The translations under genes were made by a program, and so were the position numbers. The notes under the pieces were generated by a model. It was not told where the DNA came from. It was given only the letters and a program-made list of their open reading frames with translations, and ran no database searches. A DNA stretch of 64,000 nucleotides from Candidatus Omnitrophota bacterium (GTDB taxonomy: Bacteria; Omnitrophota; Gorgyraeia; Zapsychrales; Zapsychraceae): contig JAJDCB010000011.1 in the NCBI GenBank assembly GCA_029261065.1, forward strand, positions 111,168-175,167, written 5' to 3'. Each line of letters begins with the position of its first letter. The stretch's first letter is position 1. Shown here piece by piece: positions 1-12,000 of the stretch.

Positions 1-2
1 AT

Positions 3-3000
3 AAATCCTCAAGTCCTTTTACTAAGAAGTTGCTTCAAGAACTTCCAGCCAATTCTAAAGATAATTACCAGGTAGGTCTGATAAAAGATGTTGCGTTGTC
101 ATCTCCTTTGAAAGTGCGAAAAAAATCTAAGGTGCAAAAGAAGAAAAAAGCATTAACAGCAGACTTTGATGGAGAGTTAATCAGAAAAAAATTGGGAAGT
201 TCGGCTAGAGCACTTTCGTTGCTTAATGGGTCGGATTTAGAAACAAACCTCGTGCAAGTGAATAGTAGAGAGAGAAGAGTCATTCATCGATTGATTAAAA
301 CGGTATCTGAGTTCCATCTTATTACGATTCTTTCACTTTCAAAGCTTGAACAGGCCCCTGGTCGCGACGTTATAGAGCGTTTTTATCAAAGTCCAGACGC
401 AAAATATCGAGTTGCTAAACTTTTACAGCTTGTCGAGGTTGCGAAATATATTCTTTCCAACGTGGAGAGTGTAATTCAAAAGAGAGAAAACATAGAAATA
501 TTGCGAGGAAAATATGTAAAGATTCTTGATGAAAATATATGGTCGCAGGATGAATTACAAGAGATTAGTATTCATCTTGATTATGCAATAACAGATTCCC
601 AAATAGTAAAATTTTCAAAAAAGAAAATAGTTGTTCCCGAAGAAAATAACTTAAAGGCTCTGGAACTCCTTATGGTAGAGATTGAGAAAAGAAGTGTTGG
701 GGATGATGGTATCTCCTTAGAAACCTTTTATAACCAGCTTAGAGCAATAATTGATACACAAGAAGCCAGTTTTAGTAGTCTGGCTCGTTTATCAACTTCA
801 TTTGAATATTCTTTTACCGAGATTGCTGTCAGGCGTTTGTTGAATACTAAAGGAGAAGATTTAAAAAATTACAAAATTACGGCTAACACAGCTAGAGGTT
901 TTATTGCGGTTATTGATTTTTATCAAACATACAACTTATTGGCTCTTGGAGTTCAATTAGTTAATTTTATGGAACTAAGGCCTTCTTTGGAATGGGACGC
1001 TTTAAGCGACTCACAAATAGAAAAAATTATGGTTATGAAGCACATATGGCAAGAACATTACGAGCTATATCAGTATATGATTAATTTAAGTAGAACGATG
1101 AACGGGAAGGCAATTGTTGTACATTTTCAAGAAAAACATCAGATGTTATCAAAAGAATTAGAATATTTAGAAGCACAGGCCATACAATTAGAAGAAGAGG
1201 GTAAAAAACTTGTAGAAGATATCATGGTCACGGTCGAGCCTCTTATTTATGAAGCTCAAAGCTTAATATACAAATTTTTTAGAAGAGACACAATTAATGA
1301 AGAAGCCATAGCTTATTATACTCAAGTGGTTTTTGCAAAAGAGGCCGTTGATCGAATTTTAAAAGAAGAGAAAGTTACAGAAGGGACAACAAAAGATTTC
1401 ATCTGGGATCACATGAGAGATTTCGCTCAAACGCCTCCACAAAGCTCAAGCTCAGTTTTGACATTGGAAACTGCGATGCTAATTTTATCACTTTTGATGC
1501 CTTTCGTTCTGGTAGTAGTATTTGCACATTTAATTTACAAACATGTCGGTGAAGAAAATGATCAAAAAATTCTGCACGCATCTAAAGAAAAAGGGGTTGA
1601 TAGAACGGATGTAAAAGTATTTTTTATGACAATATTTTTATTGGGATTAGTTGTTTACAGGCTGCTGTTTGCTGATGCTGTTGTTATTGAGGATAGCGTC
1701 ATTCAAATAATTAACAAAAGATGGTTTAATGATTTACTTGCTGTGATAACGGTGACAATAATTATTAATATTTTTATAAATATAGTCAGATTAGTGGAGG
1801 GTATAAAAAGTTTTGATGTCCAAGTGATGTTGAGAGCTACTACATATAGTTACTTGATTACCGAATTGTTTATAGAAACATTCCAAAGGGGATCTCCTTT
1901 CATTGATCTTTTTCTTGGATATTTTTATTATAGTGACTACATTGCGTTTGGTATAAGTCTTGCTTTATCGGAGTTGTTCATTTTTAAAGCTTATCCAGAA
2001 GGAAGTCGTAAATTTTTTGAGAAGATTACAATAAATTTAAGAAAAAGTAAAGACACTGAAACAAGCGGATCCAGCCCCTTAAACAAGAAAGATAAGAACG
2101 CGCAAATTGTTATCAGTACTCTAAAGCATCTAAATTTCCCCGAAAGGTATCGTAGGCGAATATCCAAAGTTTTATTAGAAGTTTTTGATAAGAAAGGGGT
2201 TGATTTAGTAAAATTTGAAATAAATCATCAGTCATTAGCAAAGAGAACAATATTTTTTAATAAGTTAAAAGATTTTATTGAATCACTCGCAAGTTATGAA
2301 AATGGAATATTTACATTTAGAGTTCAAGATAATACAAAAATAGGCAAATATCTATTTTTACCATTTGATTTAACGCGTGAGATTGAATATGCCTTTAAAT
2401 ATAAGAATGCAGTAACTGATGAATTATATGCCCTTATGGAGAGTCTTGCCATGAGGGAATGTATCTGCGATCCGTTTATTTTACATGTATTGTTATATTC
2501 TATTGGGTATAGAAACTTTAAATATTATATGATAAATGAGCATATAGTCCTAGCCGTAATCTACAAAGGAAAGTTAATGTTTGTTGATACGGCTGCTGAA
2601 TCAGTTAGTCAGGCATTTTATATAGATGAATACTATCAAAAGTATGGGCAGATATGGAGACTTCGTGATGAAAAGAAGGAAAGGTTTTTTCGCCACGTAC
2701 TTTCAGACTATAGCGCATCTGTTAAAGTTGATCACGTAACTCTTGAGGAGATTCACAGTATTTATGAAATTGTGAACCATAATATTGCACTTCATCACAT
2801 GGAGTCTGATAGATACCAAGAGGCTATGGAGCAATTGAATTTGGGCCTTTCTTATAATCCTAACAATTCCGAAATGCTTTATACCTTAGGTTTAGCATTC
2901 CAAAAAACAGGTCAACTTCAAGAGGCGCTTAAATACTTTAAGCAATCCGCTAAAATTAATCCAATGGATCCTGACGTCTGTATTTGCCTAGGAAATATTT

Positions 3001-6000
3001 ATATTGATCTTCAAAAATATGCTTTGGCCAGTCGTTACTATAATCGTGCTGAGCAGTTAACAAACAAGACATCTAGTTCTTTAAAAGAGAAAAGTAATTC
3101 ACCCATGATTGGTTTTGCAAGAACGAAAAGCGGTCTGCTTTTAACAGAACATGAGATTGATATTGATATATTGGAAAACTACGATGGAAGAATTATTACT
3201 AAAGAGCAGATAGTGTATTTGGAGAGCGCTCTTAAATTAGTTCAATATTATTTAGGAAGAGAACGCGTAGATCTTCTTGTTGCTTTTGAAAAATTAAAGA
3301 AGATGGTGGATCTTGGTTTGATAAGAGCAGCCCCATTTGATCGTATTTATGGAACTATTAAAGAAGACCGGACATATGTTCATGGGCATGCAGGTGTAGA
3401 AAAAGGTATTTACTTAGATAACGTTATTCTTCAAAATCCGCTTGAGTTAATTTTTACTTTGATAAATTTGGTTGGCAGCCTTCACGGACAATCTCATTCT
3501 GAAAATAGTGCTTTAAAGTTTGATTTTATTTTAGATAACGGATTCTATGAGGGATTAGTTGAAAGTGGAATCGTTAATCAAACAAAAAAAGATTCTGCTG
3601 ATCAGCCTTCGATAAAATTATTGCAGAATATCATTGTAAGATTCAATCAAGAGTCTCTTCTTATTCGTCAATCTGTAGAAATTCCTAAATATTTACATAC
3701 GGTTGATCTTCAAGCAATTATAAATCACTACCTGTTTGCAATATTACTGAGAATCGCATCAGGGGAGGTTGTTATTTCAGATCGATTAAGGACTTCCATG
3801 AAGCAGGCAATACCACCATTGGAGAATATTCCAGATCATTTGGTTATTGTTGCGGTTCCAGGCACATTTGATCCACCTCATTTTAATCATATTATTGCTT
3901 TGTTACAGGCTATGCTATTTGCAATGCAAAATGAGAAAGGAAGGCGGGTGACATTTATAGGATTTTTAAAAAATAATTTATTCGATGATGAGGAAATAGG
4001 TTATAAACCGTTTAAATCAAAAGCCTATCACAGAGAAGCCATGGCCAAGCAATTAACGGACATATTTTTTCCTTTAATCAATTTTGCAGGTGCCGATTTA
4101 GGATACCTTCAATCGCATTACTATCAAGAAAGTAGCTTAAGACTGATTGATTTGAATCGTTATCAAACAATGGGTTCTCCTAAACCTGTAAGTTTTTACT
4201 TAGGCTCTGGTGCAGACAATTTTGTTAGAAATCGAAAGGCCTTGCATTACATGCTAGGAGAAAGACATGGTGAATTTGAAAACGTAACATTTAGGATTGT
4301 TATGATTGATGCGCGTTTTAATTCTACATTGGAAGGTGGCTCTGTACATGAGATTCCCTTTGATCAATCCAAATTCAGGCAACTCACACAATATTATAGA
4401 AGACCATATGAAATTCATGCGATCGTAGGACTTCAGGCGACACATTTTAGATCAACAGATCTAAGAGGAGGGTTTGGGGACAGTCATGTGCCGGTATCTA
4501 TACGGAATTATTTTAGAATGAATGCATTATATTCTTTGGACAGAATAAGACAAAGCGCACAAAATACAACTTTAGATGATACGGCATTAATTAGATTTTC
4601 CAGTATATATTCTCCAGGCTATGGCGTTAGTGATCATTTAGAATCTCTTAATTGGGAGTTGTTGCAGGAGTTTGAACTGACAATACATCAATTTTATCTT
4701 TTTCACGGTGATGAAAAAGTGCAAGGCTATACTGAACTGAAAATAGGAAAGGGAACTCTAGTTTATATCCCGTTACCGAATTTAGAAGGTCACCCTGAGG
4801 AATTGTTTAATTTTCAAAAGGCTCTAAGAGATCGTTTACGTTCCCTTTACAGCAGACATCAGGAGGGAGCCTTTAAGCAACCCATCATTTATGTTAATCA
4901 TGATCCGGGTAAACCGGCTTCCCTTGTATTTGATCAAGAGGTAGCTCAGTATCCGGATATTCGTCAGTCGATTGAGTATCATTGGGGCAGAGGCTATGTT
5001 GAACACGACCTTCTTTATCAATTAACAAGCAACGTTCCTTCAGCTAGCGTAACGGTATTAGGATTGGAGGACATATTACCTGAATCGACTGTTGAATTAG
5101 GCAATGGCGTTGATGTTGTCTATTTTAATCCAGCTGATGTAACGAAAGGACGTTTTAGAAAGGAATATGCTGTTTCTGAAAATCAGCTTATTGTTTTTGC
5201 TCCGGCAAGGTTAGTTAGAGAAAAAGGTCATATGGATATACTGCAGGTTGCTTTATTACTGCAAAAACAGGGTCAATTTAAGGATGTTACCTTTGTGTTT
5301 GCGGGCTTAGATGATGATCAGAATTTTTTAACAGAAATGAAGAGGTTTATAAAGTTGCAGAAATTGCAGTATAGATTTTTATTTGTTGGAAATCTTAAGG
5401 GGCATCGGTTATTAGAAGGTTATCGAGATTCGGATATAGGATTATTAGCATCACATAGTGAAGGGACGCCTAGATCAGTTATCGAAATGCAGGCAATGGG
5501 TCTGCCCGTTATTGCAACAAATGTTGGAGGAACGGCAAATGTTATTCTAGATGGGGATTCCGGTTATATAGTAGAAAAGGAAGATGTTCCTGACATCTTC
5601 TTTAGATTAAAGGTGTTGCTCTCAAGTCAGGTTATCCGTACAGAATTTGGTGCTGTAGGCCGGGCAAACACTGTTAACAAATTCTCATTAGAAAAATTAG
5701 CTCAAAGGCATACAACTTTTTACACATCGTTATTATCCTCGGAAGATAATGGAAAGATAGATCCATCGAAGAGACAATCTTCACCGATGGAGTCATTATT
5801 CCTACCGCATGACGGCAATGTCATCGAAGACATCGTTTTTGATCCAACCGATAAAGATGCTGAAATAGTTTATAAAAGTGGAAGACGTGAAGAGATAGTT
5901 TCTAATTACATGCCTGAATTTGACTCAGAAATTGTTAAATTTTATAGCTACAGCAAAAGATCAGCCGCTGTTACCTATATCAATGAAAAAGGATTGGTAT

Positions 6001-9000
6001 CTTTAGCCGTGAAACTTAAAGACGCGCCACCGTTTGAGATGTTCACTCCTTTTGATTTCGTTCGTGGAGTGACCGACGTTCGGTTTAATTTAACAGAGAG
6101 TGGCATAGCAGCTATATTCGATTTTAATTATGATCCTGTAAATCCACCGGTACGTATTAAAATAGTTAATATGATAGATTCCAAATTGATTGAAGATATG
6201 TTTACAGGAGCTGGAATCAAAAGGCAGCTATCGGAGCGTTTAGGAAAAGAAGTTCATCCTAATATTGAAGTCCGCTTTTTTGAATCATCATATGAAGGTT
6301 TTGTGATAGTAACCTATAACACACTAGAAGAGAGGAAACGCAAAGTAACAGTTGTACAACTAACAAGCTCACCATTATCTTTAGAAGATCAAGGAAAGAC
6401 GGGTACATATAATAAATCATCACTCATCATGCCTCAGAATGTAGAAGCTGGAGTTGCAACTTTAGCACCAAGCAGTGCAACTTTTACTCTAACCGAACGA
6501 TTAAAATTGATGTTAAGCACTCGCGCTCCTCCAACAGGGTTTAGCACATTTGTTCTTTTAACTATCTTATCAGCCTTAATGTTTTTAACATCCCCCGCAG
6601 CATTACAAGCACAAGAATCTTTTAATCCAATCCATCCAAATATTCATTTGGTTCATGACAATAAAAATAAAAGAATTGTTCCTTGGTCCACACCAATAGA
6701 ACTGCACGATGAAAATAACAAGTGGGTTATGAATTATTTTAGTGGCATGCCCCTTGATTTGTTATTGAATTTTGAACAAAGACAAATTAAAGCACAGAAG
6801 GCTAGAACGAAACAAGCTTTTCCTGAGCCGATTCAAGTTAGGCGAACGAAATCATTAACGATTCACTTTAAGTATATAGAAGAAGGAACGATTAACATCA
6901 TTTTACACGATGCCCATGATGCAACACGAGACATTAGATTGCCACCAGCGCACCTGCAAACAAGCGATAAAGCTTCCGTTACTTTGTTTGTCTCGAAAAT
7001 TCCATGGAAGAATATGAAAGAAGTAGGCGCTATTTCGATCGAATGGGATAAAAGCGAAGAGGCTGGTGTAACGGTTGATACTTTAGAAGGTTTAAAAGTT
7101 CGCCCAATCATCGTTATTCCGTCAGTAATAATAGTAGAATTTTTAGATTTTTTTGAAGCAAAATTAAATCAACCATGGTTGCAAAGTAAATATCAAAAGC
7201 AGGAAAAAGATTATCCGCATAGTTCAAGCCCGGTAGGTACGGAAACAATAAGTTTGATTTCATTGTTCATTGATCCTGCCTTCGTTGTTGGAGCAGTAGT
7301 GATATTAAGTGCTTGGTTCTGGAAGACGCGATTACGTCATCGTGTATTCAATACATATGTAGACGATTTCATCATTGGGATTTTACATTTCGTTGGAGGA
7401 TTGGTTTTTGTAATTGTCTCAGGATCTTTTCTAGATTTCCCTTCGGAACAGCCTGATTTTGAAAAAATAGGTCCGTTTGGATTTTTAATAGCGACTATTG
7501 TTTTACTTATAAGCGGGCTTTTTACAGGAATTATTGGATTTACTTTATTAAAAGGGTTTGTTGGGTATACCCTAACCTTTAATCCGAAACGTATTTTAAC
7601 TTATAAAGATAACTGGAATAATATGGGGTTTCGCTATTTTCGTTATAATACGGATCTATATAGAGATTACTTAGAGACATTAGTTCCAGAAAAATTTGAA
7701 TTGGCTATAAACAATGGAATAAATGAATTGAGAAATCAATTATTTATTGAAAATGAAAAAGGTGAGGGAAGTGATGAAGCAAATTGGACGCAGCATGAAC
7801 AATGGATTAAAAATTATGCTTCCTTGGCAGCCAGTGAATATATAGATCCGATACAACGTGAGTTTATACGGAATGAGGTAATCAATCTTTTCAGGTGGGC
7901 TTATGAGCTTACTGAAATAGCAAATATTAAAACGGGTATTATTCAAGAATTAAAAACTATCGGTGGAGATGAAGCGGTGCAGATGATTGACGATATTATT
8001 TCTTCAAAGGATGATAGATATGATATGGAGGAATTAGTAGGTGTATTAGGGAAAATAACTGGACCTACAGAAGGAATTTCTACACTAGAGAAAGCAATTA
8101 AAGGTTCAGGAAAGAGGACAGCAAAAAGTGCCGTTCAACTTTTAGGCAAAAAAGAAGGTTCGCAAGTAAATCAAATTCTTTTCAATATTATTAAAGAAAG
8201 ACGTCAAGGTTTAGTGTACGACGCTGTTGTTGGCCTTGGGAAAAATATGAGGGAGGACGTCTTATCAGAGCTGATTGATATTTTGAGAAACACGCCTGAA
8301 AGGGTAGGGGAGGAAGCTGCACATGCATTGGGTTCCATTGGAGATGTGAAACACATTCCTGATTTAATGACAGTTCACATATTAAATCGTGGTCCAGGTT
8401 CCTATTCAAATGTTCACCCCTTTAGTGAAGCATTCAAAAAAATATGGAATCGAAATAAAGATAAGACAAATGCTGTAAATCAAGATTATATGGGGCTTGC
8501 CGTTATTTTGGCCTTTATGCATTCAGGAGATCTATTGCACACACCATTATTTGAAGCTCGAAATAAGGGAATAATTACGGGCTATCTATTTAATCATGCC
8601 GAACATCGGCAAGTTACCAATCGTGGTTTTGTTCCGTTAACTCTAGAGCCGGGAATATTAACAGCATCTTATGGGTTTGTTTTTGAACGTAAAGAATTTA
8701 GCATTGAGAAAATGGCGAATAAGCTTGGAATTGCGCCAACATTAATATTGGAAGTTAATGAATCTGGCGAAAAGGACTCTCTTGTGTGGGGGGATGGATT
8801 ACTTCGTGGGAAGGTATCCAATGAACAGATATATCTATATTTACCTTCTGTTCAACTAATACATAATGCCCAGAAGGGTATTTTTGATGGTTTCAACGAC
8901 GTTAAGCTGTTGGGTATTGCACCTAATTTAAGTAAAGTATTTTATGTAATGCCTTATGGGGAAGTATTTAGTTGTTGCATGTTAGGGAACGAATCTATTA

Positions 9001-12000
9001 ATAGAATACAATTAACAGCTAAAGCACATATGAAAAGATTCAAACAGACCTTGAAGAAAAATATTAAGGATTATTTGAATGGACTTACACCAATACAAAG
9101 GGAGAAGTATTTTACGATTGTACCGGTTTCTGGTGAAGGTCAGGAGCCTAGATTAGGAAGAGTTGAAAAGAAAGATCATGAACCCGTATATCTTGAAAAA
9201 GGTGTTCTTTATCAGTTGAATAATAAATTGATAGAGAAGCTACAAGCTGAATTCAGTAAAACCGAAGATAAAGTACTACAAGCACTAGATTTTATTTTCT
9301 GGGAAACTATTTATGAAAATCCTTTAAGAGGATTGCTGCTTGATCTGGAAGATTTCAATGGCCGGTATGGGGTATCCGGACATATGGAAGCAGGTAAGGA
9401 ACGATTAATTCAAGTTTCAGCGAAATTTGATCTTAAAGGATTGAATATAGTTGTAGAGAATGAGGAGATACTATTAGAAGAGGAAGAAAAAAGCACAACG
9501 GCTATTAATGGATTTATTGATCCTAGTCAGGTTATCTATAGAGGGGATGAGAGGACAATACCTGTTAGAAACTTATATGATGTTTTAAGTGTAGTTGCTA
9601 TTTATCATGATTCAACAACCGGCATGGTTATTTATGAAAAAGTTCTTAAAGGAAAAGCGATCATAACAGTTAATGATCAAATTATAAAGATAGATGGTAG
9701 GGAAAGTTTGAGTCAATTGGTTCCAGAAGGAAGTAGAGTTATTATTGAGGAAAAAGAAAAGGTATCAAGCAAGGAACCCCAGTCTCCTGGCATCTCTGAT
9801 CGAACGCCAAGAATCAGTGCCGAAGGAGAAAGAAACTCCTCACCACTAGAGAACCATCTGATGCGCAAAGTTAATAGATTAATGGTCTATTCCAGGAAAG
9901 CAATACGAGCAAAGAGTTACACATTAAAGGAGCATAATGCTCTTCATCGCAGCGCTTATGATCAATTTAATGATTTGATCCGCAACCACAGGCAATTTTT
10001 ACTTAATCCACCAGAGAAGCACAAAAGCAGAGTGATTGACATGCTTATCTCAATGACTGTGGCATTTCCATCGATGCATTATGATTCACAAGTTGATGTA
10101 ACGGACAATATATATAAAACTCAGCATTATTTAAAAGAATTATTATTAATGGATGAAAATATGTTGCGGCAAAGAGCCTTATTAAGGCGGATTGCAATTG
10201 AATTGAACAAATATAAAACCTCCATTGATTCAGTTTATCCTAAATTTAGGATGGGTGTTTCGGCTGTGGTTGATCCATTTGACTATATTCATGATTTGTG
10301 GGAATTGCAGAATATGATAGGATCAGTTGAAATAAGCCTGTCAACGCATCCGCTTTCGTCAAAGAAAAATGTGTTGCTTTTGTCCGTCGGGCAAGAATAT
10401 AATGCGCCACAAAAGTTTACTCACTTCACACTATTTTCCGGACATACGCATCATTTTGAATTTAAATTTGTTCTTTCCGATAAAGATACAGCCATTGCGT
10501 CGGATTATTTGGCTAAGGGATTGACAAGTTATGTTCTAAGATTCACCCGTGATCGAGAAATACATTTAGCTATTTATAATCAAATCACTAATAAATGGAG
10601 AATAGTTTATGAACAAAATGAGGTATCCAAGAATTTATATGATTTCGGAATACTCTCATCGATAAATAATAGACTTACATCGGATAAATTTCCAACATCC
10701 CGTGATACTTTTCACTCAAGCCCTATCAATACTGCCGTGATGTTTATGGGGCGTCCTGTTATGAAGCTTTATACGGGGCATGCACGCGTGCTTTATGAAT
10801 CAGGTCTACCGGAGACGGTCGAACTGTTTAAGAAAGTTGCGGTGGCCTTGGATACACTTGATCCTCAGCAAGAAGAAAACGGGCTTGAAAGAGTTTTCAA
10901 TGTGACTAAGGAAAACGATCCAAGAGCTTTCTATGTTCTTTTTAGCATTCTTCAGGTGGCAGAGTACTTTAAGTTGAGACATTTGATTAAGCAAAATCAA
11001 TGGGCCATTGATATTAATACTTTTATAGGATACAGCCAAGGATTATATGCTGCGGCTTTCTCGGCAGGATCTTTATCCGTTGAGGATTTTGTTAAATTGT
11101 TAATTAATAGTTACAACTATGACACAAAGAATCCATCTAACGAAGAAGAGCGGGTGGGTATCATTATTGAAGGGGAAGATGTGGGCGCAAATAATAATCT
11201 TGTATTTAGGTTACAGCATGTTTTTCCATTATTTGAAACCATTCAATATTTATCTCCAGATATGATTAATGGACGTATTTTGAGTAGGCAGCTCGGTCAG
11301 CTGAAAGATTATCTGTTTACTAGATATGGAAAAGATGTTCAAGTTTCCCTAGATATGGTAGCAAACACGATCACACATTCTACTGGATTAATTGACAAAC
11401 GAAGATTGTTTGAACAATCCATAAAAGATGATGGCATTCAATTTCAAAAGCCTCAAATTCCTATTGTATCGATGAGTGGAGAGCAACTTATAACAGAACC
11501 TCGTCACATTGTTGATGAGTTAGGTGGAATCTTTGATACTAAAATTTTTATTGCCGATGCCATGTCCCAATTAACCCAACGCAATCTGGACTTTGTTTTT
11601 AATCTATCTTTAGAAAAAGATAAATTTATCAAGCGACTTTTTAGACTGCATGATTTAAGAATTCCTTTGGGCACATTTCAGGATTATTTGAGTGAGAGCG
11701 GTGCATTTGGCAGGAGCGGTTCGCCTTTTAAGGCTAATATTTCCAATCTTAAACATCCATCGTTAAGACAAAATTCTTCTCCTCATAAAACAAGAAAAAA
11801 TAGAGATGAAAGAAATCATTCGTCACAAATAATAACGAGTGAGGTGCAACAGTCTTCAACTGTCGATTTGTATACACAACTAGATGAAACAATAGAAAAA
11901 ACGAATAATTTATACTTAAAGAAATACACGATAGGTATAGGCAAGGATGTATACAGCATAGCTACTGATCCGTTAGGTGGTTATTTGCGTGTGGGGCCGG

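Noticed and set aside
30-32. TTG at 30 as the true start of the giant ORF
   Set aside because: The frame is open to the window edge, there is no RBS, and an SSSPF motif is encoded upstream at nt 6-20.
3440-3515. Degenerate HExxH-like zincin motif (LINLVGSLHGQSHSEN)
   Set aside because: The HE residues are absent, so a metallopeptidase call cannot be supported.
10734-11690. Giant ORF as a PKS/NRPS megasynthase
   Set aside because: Only an isolated AT-like domain is present; no KS, ACP, condensation or adenylation motifs were seen.
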